Shown one piece after another: positions 29,424 through 38,750 of a DNA stretch of 64,000 nt. Below the pieces are notes generated by a model, which was not told the origin of the DNA, made no database searches, and worked only from the letters and a program-made list of their open reading frames with translations. Each line of letters opens with the position of its first letter. Positions within the stretch are counted from its first letter, which is position 1. The position numbers and the translations under genes are program-made. This DNA is from Polyangiaceae bacterium (GTDB taxonomy: Bacteria > Myxococcota_A > Polyangia > Polyangiales > Polyangiaceae). The stretch is from positions 416,001 to 480,000 of the forward strand of contig JANRKO010000006.1 in assembly GCA_033763455.1 (NCBI GenBank), in the 5' to 3' direction.

Positions 29424-30219
29424 AAGACCAAAATCGCGCCAGGCGACACGCTGTGTCGCGCAGAACCATCCTTTCAGGGCTCACCGGAACGGCCGTGCTG
29501 GCTCCGTTTGTGCCGCTTCTCGAAGTGGAGGCTCAGCTCGGCGCGCCCAAACGCCTCATCCTTATGTTCCACCCACATGGCGTTATTCGGGACACGTGGT
29601 TGCCCACGGGGGGCCTGCTCGACTTCGTTTTGAGCCCAACACTAAAGCCGCTCCAGGCGTTCAGGGACAAGTTGCTCATCCTCGACGGGCTCGGCTTGAG
29701 TGCAGATAACGGTACCGGAATTGATCCGGCGCTCGTGGGTGAACCGAGTGGTGGGCCACATACGCGCAACACTTCGCATCTTTGGTCCGGAGCCCCGCTC
29801 GATCCCAACAGCAATTTGTTTTCGCGTGATGCCACGACCTTTGGGTGGGGTTTTGGTACCGCGATCGATCAAACGATCGCGGCGGAGGTTGGCAACGCAT
29901 CGGTCTTTCGTTCGTTAGAGACAACATACCCATGTTGGCGGACCTCCAGACTAGCCTTTTGGCGAGCGCCATTGGCTGTGGCATGACAAATATTGGGAGC
30001 ATCCAGTTTGATCGAAACGAAAACAGCGGCACTCACTTCAATTGGTTGTTCACGGATACCCGCGGGCACCACGAGCTAAGCCACATTTCCGATCCTGACG
30101 AGCTCGGCAAGCTGACTCAAATCTATACCTGGTATGCGACGCAGCTCGCTTCGCTGATGACCAAGCTTGCCGCTTTTCCCGAAGGCCAGGGCACCGCGCT
30201 CGATAACACCTTGATCCTT
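29420..30219 (+). pseudogene. DUF1552 gene with frameshifting internal deletion and missing C-terminus
   Basis: Tat SRRTIL, PKRLI.MF.PHG, IDQTIA...FRSLE, then a jump near 29920 to another frame (DNIPMLAD...HHELSH...LDNTLIL). Versus the paralog at 11181-12638, about 130 internal and 78 C-terminal residues are absent. Confidence 0.85.
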
Positions 30220-30300
30220 GACGAGCTTGGTTTAGTCCCACGCGGCGTGGAAAGTCATTGTCGATCGGGAGCAGCGATAGCCTGCTCTCTGCCTGCCTGG

Positions 30301-31185
30301 TTAACCCACGCCTAGATTGCGCCTGAATTGCCGAGGTGAGAGCCCGGTGATGCCCTTAAACAGGCGCGAGAAATAATAAGGGTCTTCATAGCCCACGGAT
30401 CGCGCCACGGCCTCCACAGACTCCCCGCTAGTAACTAAGAGTTCACTTGCATGCCGCACGCGGAGTTGCACGAGATGGTCGATGGGTGCTCGTCCCACAA
30501 CTCGGCGGAATTGGCGCGCGAAATACGAAGGCGACCAGCCGGCAACTTCAGCCATGTCATTCACTGACAGCGGGTCGGCGAAGTGGGCCGCAACGTGTTT
30601 GAGAACCCGCTGGATTTCGCGCGGAATTTTCGGCTTTGGCGCGCGGAGCGCAAGCCAGCGTAGAAACACTTGCCGCAGCGCTTGTGCGGATTCGAGCGCG
30701 CCCAAGGCGGCGTCTCGTTCCGCAAACACCGTGAGCACCGAGTGCAATGCTTTGCTCACGGCTTCATTCTGGCCAAGCCGGAATGGTTCTGAAGCGTTGC
30801 CCCATTCAAGCCGTTCCAAGAATCGTTCGGCATCTTGGCCAGAAAAGTGCAGCCATAGAATCGTCCACGGCCTTTCTTGGCTGGACCCGTAGCCGTGCTC
30901 CCCGCCGGCAGGGCACACGAAGATATCACCTGCCGCCACAGCAAGCCTGCGTTCATGAAGGCGCATCCAGCCGCCCCCCTCTATGCAGTAGATCAACACA
31001 TGTTCGTTCAGCGTTCTAGTTGGTAGGTTGTGCCAAGCGGCCTTTGCGAAGTAGCCGCATGCCGTAACGTAGAGGGAGCGCGTGAGCGGATCTGCCTGAA
31101 TCTCGCGTTCGTTTGCTACGCTGAGCGTTCGACTGATGACCGGAGGTTTGGCCTGCAGTGAAGCAGCTTTTTGGCGGGGTGGCAT
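30301..31185 (-). CDS. AraC family transcriptional regulator
   Basis: Cupin domain (LIYCIEGGG, H.YGS...PW...WLHF.G) plus HTH SPSYFARQF ... VGYEDPYYFSRLFK..TGLSP. Confidence 0.95.
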   Translation of the reverse strand: MPPRQKAASLQAKPPVISRTLSVANEREIQADPLTRSLYVTACGYFAKAAWHNLPTRTLNEHVLIYCIEGGGWMRLHERRLAVAAGDIFVCPAGGEHGYGSSQERPWTILWLHFSGQDAERFLERLEWGNASEPFRLGQNEAVSKALHSVLTVFAERDAALGALESAQALRQVFLRWLALRAPKPKIPREIQRVLKHVAAHFADPLSVNDMAEVAGWSPSYFARQFRRVVGRAPIDHLVQLRVRHASELLVTSGESVEAVARSVGYEDPYYFSRLFKGITGLSPRQFRRNLGVG

Positions 31186-31313
31186 GGCTCGGGCCTTTTT
31201 TCCGGCGCGGTGGGCGCGGCGAAGAGTGACAGGATAGTCCAGGTTTGTGCCAGGCGTCCATGGGGCGGAGCGGTCGCATATGTCAGGCTTCTCTGTGTGG
31301 TAAGGGTACGGGC

Positions 31314-31687
31314 ATGCAATCAGATCTTATTCGGCATCTTTGGGGCGTCAGTGAACCTCTGACGCCGCGTTTTCGGGAGTTCAAATCGCACGGGTATGTC
31401 GCAGACACCATATTCACGCTCGCGTAGGGCATGAGCAAGGGTCGCAAGTGGCGGATCCGAGAGCTCCCGAATATCAGCGGCATCTGGAGGCTCACGAGCG
31501 CTATTGGGACATGGTCTGGGATGCCCAGGCAAAACGCGGGCTTGAACGCACCACGTTAACCCCGGAGTTTGGGCCCGGCTATATGCCCACGCTGCCCTTT
31601 ACGCACGTGCCCGCGACGGATCTGAGTGTGATTTGTGATTGGATGGCAGAGCGGCAGCGCACACGTTTTGGTCAACGCTATTTTTGA
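31314..31687 (+). pseudogene. Sugar phosphate isomerase/epimerase (xylose-isomerase-like TIM barrel) with large internal deletion
   Basis: N-terminus MQSDLIRHLWGV...KSHGY in one frame is joined near 31400 to the C-terminus HIHARVGHEQGSQVADPRAPE...TPEFGPGY in another. Only about 125 codons remain. Confidence 0.75.
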
Positions 31688-31708
31688 ATAAACACCCAGG
31701 AGTAGACA

Positions 31709-32491
31709 ATGTTGTTGAGTCAAGTGGAGCTTGATGCCTATCAAGCTGATGGATACCTCCATGTTCCTCGGATGCTGAATCCAGAAGAAACAGCCCTTCT
31801 GCTGCAGGTTGCGTCTGAAAATCAGGTCGCCCGGCGAGCTCGTGAAGCTGTTGACGCACAAGGCCAGGGTGCCAAGGTCAATATCTGGGATCATGTGCAA
31901 GATGACATGTTTGGTGCGATCGCGAGCAGCCGGCGCATCGTTGAGCGAGGCACGCAGCTGGTTGGAGAAGAGATCTACCACTGGCACTCAAAGATGATGC
32001 TCAAAGACCCAGGAACGGGAGCATGGGAGTGGCACCAGGATTATGGGTATTGGTACGGTGCGTGCCTCTATCCATCGTTGGTGAGTTGCTTTATAGCGGT
32101 GCACCCAGCCACGAAGGCAAACGGGTGCTTACAGGTACTCCGCGGCTCCCATCGCGCGGGTAGGATAGATCATGGGGTAGTAAATGGTCAGCAGGGCGCG
32201 GACCCGGCACGGGTAGAGCAGCTAGCAATGCGCCACGAGCGCGTGTACGTGGAGCTAGAGCCAGGCAGCGCGCTCTTCTTCCACCCGAACCTTTTGCATC
32301 GCTCAGACGCCAACAGTTCCGAGAATCCTCGCTGGGCGCTCATCTGCTGCTACAACGCGCGTTCCAATAGTCGTTTCGATGGCCGTACGGATGCTGGGCA
32401 CCCCCCGTATTCCCCCATTTCGGTACTTCTGGATTCAGAAGTGTTGGAGGCCGGTAAGCGTGAGCCCGGTCGGCTTAAGGAGCGGCGTTAG
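31709..32491 (+). CDS. Phytanoyl-CoA dioxygenase family Fe(II)/2OG oxygenase (ectoine / proline 4-hydroxylase-like)
   Basis: HSKMMLK, WEWHQDYGYW (HxD), NGCLQV..GSH, FFH.NLLH.S.AN.S...RW. Confidence 0.9.
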   Translation: MLLSQVELDAYQADGYLHVPRMLNPEETALLLQVASENQVARRAREAVDAQGQGAKVNIWDHVQDDMFGAIASSRRIVERGTQLVGEEIYHWHSKMMLKDPGTGAWEWHQDYGYWYGACLYPSLVSCFIAVHPATKANGCLQVLRGSHRAGRIDHGVVNGQQGADPARVEQLAMRHERVYVELEPGSALFFHPNLLHRSDANSSENPRWALICCYNARSNSRFDGRTDAGHPPYSPISVLLDSEVLEAGKREPGRLKERR

Positions 32492-33404
32492 GCAAGCAAC
32501 CAATACGTTCGGGTCCGAAGGCTACATCGTCGAACCAAATGTCGATGGAAGGCGCCGGATCGTCGTGGGCGACGTGGGACCAACCGATGCGAGCTTCGCT
32601 GAAAGCAGGCACCAGGAAAGGTTCCGTGGAGCCGTCGCTGAACTTGCCTCCGGGATGGATCGCGGCAATCTCAACGCCATCGAGCCAGAGCGTGTTGTTG
32701 GTGCCTTCGGTGGGGCGAAAGTTCCACTCCACGCACACCCACTTTGCCGTGGCGACATTGACCCTCGAGTTGGTGCCCATATCCCGAAAGGGATTGTTGC
32801 GTTGATAGCCAATGAACGGTCGCATCCTACCCATGGCGATGCTCATGGCATAGGTTCCTGCTGGATCCGCGCCGAGCCCCTCGAACATCGCAGCGTGGGC
32901 ATTGGCCGCCGGCTCCTGGAAGTAGACATACATGCGCCCGTAGAAGTTACCCCCTAGAAATTTGGTTTGAACTATCTGGGCTTGGCTCTGCGCAGATGCA
33001 ACCGTGTGGGTTTTCATGGCGTATTTCCCGTGCGCTACGCGATCCGTAACCACCTCGACCGAGCCGTTAGGTGCTCGAACCTCCCACACATCGGTGTGAA
33101 TCGCGCCGGCCTCGAAGTCTTCGCAGACAACCGCGGGCGGCGCACAGGGTGGGGAAGGGGGCACCGTGCTCGTGGGTGCCGTGCTCGTGGGTGGGGTGCT
33201 CGTGGGTGTGACGACCGGTGGGACGGAAGTAGTTGGTGCAGGTGCCGTTTCCGTTGCTGAGGGGACCGCTGAAGTGGTTGGCATTGCAGTGGGATCCAGC
33301 GCAGCGTCCGTCGCTTGGCTAGAGCCGACGTCATCGCCGCTGCATTGAAGGAAAAGGAGCGGCAGAAGTGTGGTCACGGAGGGGAGAAGGCGAGGTTTCT
33401 TCAT
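32475..33404 (-). CDS. Hypothetical lipoprotein, probable beta-jelly-roll (Cip1/lyase-like) domain
   Basis: FLQC lipobox-like, Thr/Pro linker, CEDFE, YGRMYVY, KWVCVEW, DIWFDDVA...ERIGC. Confidence 0.7.
   Translation of the reverse strand: MKKPRLLPSVTTLLPLLFLQCSGDDVGSSQATDAALDPTAMPTTSAVPSATETAPAPTTSVPPVVTPTSTPPTSTAPTSTVPPSPPCAPPAVVCEDFEAGAIHTDVWEVRAPNGSVEVVTDRVAHGKYAMKTHTVASAQSQAQIVQTKFLGGNFYGRMYVYFQEPAANAHAAMFEGLGADPAGTYAMSIAMGRMRPFIGYQRNNPFRDMGTNSRVNVATAKWVCVEWNFRPTEGTNNTLWLDGVEIAAIHPGGKFSDGSTEPFLVPAFSEARIGWSHVAHDDPAPSIDIWFDDVAFGPERIGCLPNAAP
33166..33207. repeat. 15-bp-period tandem repeat (GTGCTCGTGGGT x3) encoding a PTST linker
   Basis: Copies at 33166, 33181 and 33196. Confidence 0.85.
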
Positions 33405-33590
33405 GATCGTTCGTGGCAAGGCAAAGGGCGCTGCGCTCAGACGGCTTGGGTCACCGGGGTGAACAATATGTCCAGGAACCTCCAGAGCTTAACCCCACAT
33501 CGCTAGCAAAATCCCCTCGTTATAGCGGGCCGACTAGCACAACTGGGTCATCCCAGAGTTACCCCGCTTCTCGCTTCTCGCTTCTCGATT

Positions 33591-34133
33591 CTACTTCTTC
33601 TCCGAGAGCCGCTTGAGATTGGCAAGACCCTCTTCGAAATCCTTACCGATCATGGCGTCCATGCTAATGAACACGGACATCACCTTGCCGATGAAGGAAT
33701 TGGGGCCCTCCATAGCCCACGTGATCTCGGTGCCGTTCGACTGGGGTTTCAGCGTATACATCGTGGTATTGGTTGCTGCGAAAGGCTTTAGAAATTCTAA
33801 GCGAATCGAGAGCTGTTCGTTGGGGCGGCTCTCAATGATGGTCATGTTGCCCTCGCCCACGTCGTCGTTTCCGCGCCACGCGTAGGTCGCCCCTTTTCCT
33901 CTGGCGGCGCCGCCGAAGGTTTTCTGCATTCCCGGATCTAGCTTCTCCCAGGGGGACCATGCCGCCCACTGATGGAAGTCCTCAAGATGGGGGAACACTG
34001 CTTCCGGAGGAGTCGCAATCACCGTGCGCCTTTCGACGCGGAACGTCGCCGGCTTAGTGGCAGCCAGGCCGCACACCGCCAAGATGGCGACTACCAAAAC
34101 CCCACCGATGCCTAACAGAACTTTTTTTACCAT
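33591..34133 (-). CDS. SRPBCC/polyketide cyclase family protein
   Basis: N-terminal TM, FRVERR..I..PPE.VF, WSPW.KLDP, G.GA.Y.W.GN..VG.G.M, MIGKDFE.GL.NLK. Confidence 0.92.
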   Translation of the reverse strand: MVKKVLLGIGGVLVVAILAVCGLAATKPATFRVERRTVIATPPEAVFPHLEDFHQWAAWSPWEKLDPGMQKTFGGAARGKGATYAWRGNDDVGEGNMTIIESRPNEQLSIRLEFLKPFAATNTTMYTLKPQSNGTEITWAMEGPNSFIGKVMSVFISMDAMIGKDFEEGLANLKRLSEKK

Positions 34134-34222
34134 AGTCCCGTGCCAGTATCACAGCGCCAACTTTACATAAATATCCGTAAAATTCGGCTTGCGGGCAGGC
34201 TTTTGAGTTAACGTGTTCCAGC

Positions 34223-35104
34223 GTGTTGCCCAGCTGGTGCTTACCCCTGAAGAAGATTGGCTATTCGGAGGCTGAGGGCGCTCTTGCCGAGAGCCCGGTG
34301 CCTGTGATGGCGACGGTTGCAAGCGCTGGTTTTTCTCATATCACCGAGCCCGGTTACGACTGGGACGGCATCAAGCGGGGCACTAGTGAGTTCGTGCTAT
34401 TTCAACATACGCTTTCGGGCGAAGGGCGGCTCATCTTTGAGGGCACCCCACACGCGGTCCACCCGGGCCAAACGATGTTGCTCACGTTTCCTCATCAGAA
34501 TCGGTATTTTTTGCCCGAGGGAAAGCAGTGGGAGTTCTTCTATCTTATCCTTCGTGGTTCAGAGATGAAGCGGCTCTGGCAAGTCGCGATCGATCGAGCG
34601 GGGCCCGTGGTGCGTTTTGAAGATGCGGGCACAGTGTTGCTCGCTGCCACGCGTCTTTGCGAACGCATTTTGCGTGGGGACATCCGCTCCCCGCTTGAAG
34701 CTTCGGCGCTCAGCTATTCCTTGGCTATGGATGTCGTGGGCTCCACCTTTGAGCTGGAGGGAGATTCACCGGCGTTCGTTCTCAGGGTGCAAGCGTATTG
34801 TCGGCAGCACCTGGCTCACCACATCAGTGTTGAACAAATGGCTCGCGTGGCGGGCGTGAGCCGTTCGCACTTGAGTAGGCACTTTCAGGAGGCGTTGGGG
34901 ATTTCTCCCGCCAAATACTTGATGCAGCTGCGGCTTGATGTGGCCATGGAATTGGTGCGCAAAGGCGAGCTCTCCGTAAAGGAAATTGCCGAAGAGGTCG
35001 GCTTCGATTCCGCGAACTACTTCGGCAAGGTGTTTGCAGGGCGTTTCGGTGCTGCCCCAGGGGCCTTGCGCAAGAGCGGCATGTACAGCCAGCGGCGCGT
35101 TTAG
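34223..35104 (+). CDS. AraC family transcriptional regulator
   Basis: Y.WDG.KRG...FVLFQHTLSGEG; HTH SRSHLSRHF...GISP ... VGFDSANYFGKVF. Start uncertain. Confidence 0.92.
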   Translation: MLPSWCLPLKKIGYSEAEGALAESPVPVMATVASAGFSHITEPGYDWDGIKRGTSEFVLFQHTLSGEGRLIFEGTPHAVHPGQTMLLTFPHQNRYFLPEGKQWEFFYLILRGSEMKRLWQVAIDRAGPVVRFEDAGTVLLAATRLCERILRGDIRSPLEASALSYSLAMDVVGSTFELEGDSPAFVLRVQAYCRQHLAHHISVEQMARVAGVSRSHLSRHFQEALGISPAKYLMQLRLDVAMELVRKGELSVKEIAEEVGFDSANYFGKVFAGRFGAAPGALRKSGMYSQRRV

Positions 35105-35162
35105 CTCGCCTAAAGCCAGTGTGTTCGTGTCTGGTTGAGCACAGCCGGCGGTGTCGCCGGCG

Positions 35163-36620
35163 CTAGTTGTTCGCCAGAGCGCGCATCTCGGCCACGTCCT
35201 TGACCTTCAAGCGTGCTGCCCCCGTGTAGCCTGCATGGTGGGGAGCGGGGGAACGCTTCGGATCGGCAAGGCGCGCTTCGGCTTTCGCAATGGCCGCACC
35301 GTATTGCGGAAGCCAGGCCTTCTGAGCCACCAGCATTTCATCGGTGAGCTGCCACACTTCCTCGGGATTGCACACAGCACCCACCAATGGGTCCATGAGC
35401 ATCGCCTGGCGTAAGAGTAGATCATCCCCGCTGACAGCTGCCTCTACGGCAAGCCTCTGCACGGAGATGCTGGCGTTGCAGACAGCCGCGCAGCCTAACG
35501 GGAGTGCGCCCACGACTGGAATGTTGATGCCATGTTTGTCGACGTAGCCGGGAACTTCGACGATGGCGTCATGGGGCAAGTTGGAGATGATGCCGCGGTT
35601 GGGCACGTTAAAGTGCCCTCTGAAAATACGTCCCGTTTCGAGGCCCTCGAGGATGTAGGAGCCGCGCTCCAAGCTGCGCGTGCTGACCGAGTATTGCTTG
35701 GGGGGCTCTGCTAACCACTTTGGAAAATCCGTCTCGAACCAGGCGCGGCCTTCTGAGCAAACCCGCAAATAGCCGCCTGTTTCGCCGTTGATCCAGCTGC
35801 TAAGATCGATCCACCGTTCGATCTCGCTCGGGCGCTTCCGATACCATGCCAAGTATTCACTCAGGTGGCCGTTCGACTCAGTGCTGTAATAGCCAAACCG
35901 CTTCAGGATATCGATGCGAACTTTCTCGGTCCTGGAGAACTCGGGGTGTTCCTCCATCGCTTGGAGTAGCTTGCCCGTGTAGTCTGCTCCCGCGTGAGAA
36001 ATACGCAGGAACCACGTTTGGTGGTTGATTCCGGCGGCCACAATGTCAAGTTCGTGCTTCGGTAAGCCCAGCGCTTTGGCCACCTGCTCGTAGCCGTGCT
36101 CCACGCCGTGGCAGAGGCCGTAGGTTTCCACGCCGCCATATTGATTCGCCGCCCAGGTGAGCATGGCCATTGGATTAGAGTAATTGAAGAGCTTGCAACC
36201 AGGGAGCGCCACCTGGCGAATATCGCGGCAAAAATCGAGTATCGCGGCGATGCCGCGTTGCCCGTACATGACCCCGCCGGCGCACAACGTGTCGCCGACG
36301 CATTGGTCAACGCCGTAGCGTAGCGGGATATCAATGTCGGTTTGGAATGCTTCGAGTCCCCCGATGCGGGCCACGCAGAATACGTATTTGGCATCGCGCA
36401 ACGCTGCCAAGCGGTTGGTGGTTGAGGTTATCCTCGCGGGTAGAGCATTGTACTCAAGGTCGCGCTCACAGAGCTCGGCCACCATGCGGAGGTTCTCTTC
36501 GCTGATGTTTTGAAGGGCAAGTTCGACCCCTGAGAACTCCGGCACGCTGAGTAGATCCGCAACTAGCGTTCGGGTGAATCCGACGCTTCCGGCGCCAATG
36601 AATGCAACTTTAAACGACAT
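35163..36620 (-). CDS. melA: GH4 NAD/Mn-dependent alpha-galactosidase
   Basis: KVAFIGAGSVGF, DIDIP..YGVDQCVGDT, NYSNPM, GLCHGV, AGINHQ.W, TESNGHLSEY; GGAGG RBS. Confidence 0.92.
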   Translation of the reverse strand: MSFKVAFIGAGSVGFTRTLVADLLSVPEFSGVELALQNISEENLRMVAELCERDLEYNALPARITSTTNRLAALRDAKYVFCVARIGGLEAFQTDIDIPLRYGVDQCVGDTLCAGGVMYGQRGIAAILDFCRDIRQVALPGCKLFNYSNPMAMLTWAANQYGGVETYGLCHGVEHGYEQVAKALGLPKHELDIVAAGINHQTWFLRISHAGADYTGKLLQAMEEHPEFSRTEKVRIDILKRFGYYSTESNGHLSEYLAWYRKRPSEIERWIDLSSWINGETGGYLRVCSEGRAWFETDFPKWLAEPPKQYSVSTRSLERGSYILEGLETGRIFRGHFNVPNRGIISNLPHDAIVEVPGYVDKHGINIPVVGALPLGCAAVCNASISVQRLAVEAAVSGDDLLLRQAMLMDPLVGAVCNPEEVWQLTDEMLVAQKAWLPQYGAAIAKAEARLADPKRSPAPHHAGYTGAARLKVKDVAEMRALANN

Positions 36621-37208
36621 AGATAAACCTCCGTTGACCGCGAGTAATTAACTCAAGGCATCAGTAGCTTCGAACTTGAGTGTGCAGAAAATGGGAGGGC
36701 TTGCCCAGAATAGGTTTGGGTAGAAACGGGTAGAACTGGCGCCGGGGAGCCCACATGCCTGCGCCCAAGCCACTCGCCAACGCTCACGCGGCAAACCCCA
36801 TCATAGCGTTACAGAGGCCTCTGCTTTAGATCCGCGCTTCCCGTTTCTCTAGAAGGCCACTGTAGCGTCGAAATCTCGCCGATTATTTCTGGTTTGCTTT
36901 AGACGGTTAGCCGGGCCGATGAAGGCTCGGAGCGGTAGGAACGTCTTGGTCGCCCGATGCCTCTACCAGCTGCAGGATGGCTGTGGCTCCCACGACCTCC
37001 CTGAAGCCCGCGGACGCGGAGCCACTCCAGAGGCGTTAGCCGGTGTACGCTCGCTGCGATCTCGCCGGGCACCCTCGTTGCATAAAAATGCCCCAGATAT
37101 AGGGTTGGGCCATTGGTCGCATCGTGATACAATCGACTTCCAGCTTGGTCGAAGGAGTTAGTGCGGCAACGCATCCGCCAGCGCTGTAATCACGGGAGAA
37201 GGTAAGCC

Positions 37209-38168
37209 ATGAATCGCTCAAATTCACGTCGTTTGTGGGTTCTTCGGGGTTCGCTCGCAGGCCTAGGGTTGGCTGCAGCTGTGGGTTGCAGTGGCGAAAA
37301 GTCGGATGCGCCTGCGGGGCCGCCCACGGGCTCGACCCCCACCGCCAGCGCAACGCAACCGATGTTGGACATCGGAGGCACTCCGGTGAGTGGTGCAGGA
37401 GGTGCGTCTGGAGGTGGCGTCAATCCGTTGGATCTCGAAACGGGTTTTGCCATGGCCGACATTGGCAGCATGAAGCTTGGGGATCTGCTCGACGCAAATA
37501 CTGTGCTCCCCGTTACCACGCAGAATGGAATGGGTTGTGGCAGCACACTTCTCGCCATCGTGCGTGATTTTGACGACACTCATCCTGATTTTGAGCACTA
37601 CACGGGCTCGGGCCTACAAGGAATTGTCGAGAGCGCGTTGGGTGCCGATCAAAAGCCAGTGTATGCGCACACGGGCAGCACCGAGTTCACCACCTCGCCC
37701 GCTGATTTCGCCCAGTGGTATCACAATACGGAGGGGGTGAATAAGGGGTATTTGTTGAAGGTTCGCCTGGCGAAAAACGGCGATAGATTCTCATTTGAAA
37801 GCCGTGCATTTTTCCCCCTAGATGGTGCGGGGCTTGGCAACCAGGGGCGCGAACACAATTTTCACTTCACCACGGAGCTTCACACCGAATTTGTTTACCA
37901 CGGCGGTGAAAATTTTGAGTTCATTGGGGATGATGATTTGTGGGTCTTCATCAACAATCGGCTGGCCATTGACCTTGGAGGCCTGCACCCTCGGCAACAG
38001 AAGCAGATCAGCCTAGATGCTGAAGCGGTGAGGCTCGGCATCGAAAAGGGCAAATCATACCACCTGGATCTATTTCATGCCGAGCGGCACACGGATGCGT
38101 CCAACTTCCGCGTAGATACTTCTTTGCAGTTTACGAACTGCGGCACAGTGAGTGATGTCCTGCGCTAG
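37209..38168 (+). CDS. Fibro-slime (PA14-type) domain lipoprotein
   Basis: VGC lipobox; VRDF...HPDFE, F.QWY, FFPLDG.G.GN, HNFHFTTELH..F.Y.GGE.F.F.GDDD.WVFIN, FHAERHT..SNFR. Confidence 0.92.
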   Translation: MNRSNSRRLWVLRGSLAGLGLAAAVGCSGEKSDAPAGPPTGSTPTASATQPMLDIGGTPVSGAGGASGGGVNPLDLETGFAMADIGSMKLGDLLDANTVLPVTTQNGMGCGSTLLAIVRDFDDTHPDFEHYTGSGLQGIVESALGADQKPVYAHTGSTEFTTSPADFAQWYHNTEGVNKGYLLKVRLAKNGDRFSFESRAFFPLDGAGLGNQGREHNFHFTTELHTEFVYHGGENFEFIGDDDLWVFINNRLAIDLGGLHPRQQKQISLDAEAVRLGIEKGKSYHLDLFHAERHTDASNFRVDTSLQFTNCGTVSDVLR

Positions 38169-38289
38169 GTCAGCTTTCGCCTAGCGTCGCTGTTCAGCCT
38201 AGCACCACGCTGCAACGTTCCGAGAGCCGCCGGCGGCTGCCGCGGTGACCCGTTGACCAGAGGAGCAATTCGCACTCACATTTAGTGTG

Positions 38290-38619
38290 ATGCGTACCGT
38301 CCTGCTACTCTTTCTGAGCAACCTTTTCATGACTGCCGCGTGGTACGGGCACCTCCGCTACAAGGATGTCGCGCTTTGGAAGGTGGTCGTCATAAGTTGG
38401 GGAATCGCGTTCTTCGAGTATTGTTTGCAGGTTCCGGCTAACCGCTGGGGCTACGGGCAATTTAGTGCTTATCAGCTCAAGATCTTGCAGGAGGTCATCA
38501 CGCTTGTTGTGTTTATGGGGTTCTCTGCTTTCTGGCTTGGAGAGGCCCCGCGTTGGAATCACCTGGTGGCGTTCGCTCTGGTCTTGGGTGCCGTGGGTTT
38601 TGGGTTCAGGCCTACGTGA
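38290..38619 (+). CDS. Small DMT-superfamily membrane protein
   Basis: SNLFMT.AWYGHL, SWGIAFFEYCLQVPANR.G, QLKI.QEVITL.VF. Confidence 0.92.
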   Translation: MRTVLLLFLSNLFMTAAWYGHLRYKDVALWKVVVISWGIAFFEYCLQVPANRWGYGQFSAYQLKILQEVITLVVFMGFSAFWLGEAPRWNHLVAFALVLGAVGFGFRPT

Positions 38620-38750
38620 GCCGTGGTTCAAAGCGCGGTTGAGACCAGATCCACCCTCGTCAGCTATCAAAATTAATGCGGAAGTTGACCCAAAGTCAGC
38701 CTCGGCTACCGTGGTTGAATGTTAACTTGGCTAAGAGCTGAAGGCTGAAT

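Noticed and set aside
29911..29945. Programmed frameshift joining the two DUF1552 frames
   Set aside because: About 130 conserved residues are missing at the junction relative to the intact paralog, so a shift would not restore the protein
36621..37208. Small ORFs or RNA gene in the melA / fibro-slime divergent spacer
   Set aside because: ORFs lack RBS and protein-like features; only weak short repeats (CAGAA at 21-bp spacing, ACTCAAG/CTTGAGT) that cannot be distinguished from chance
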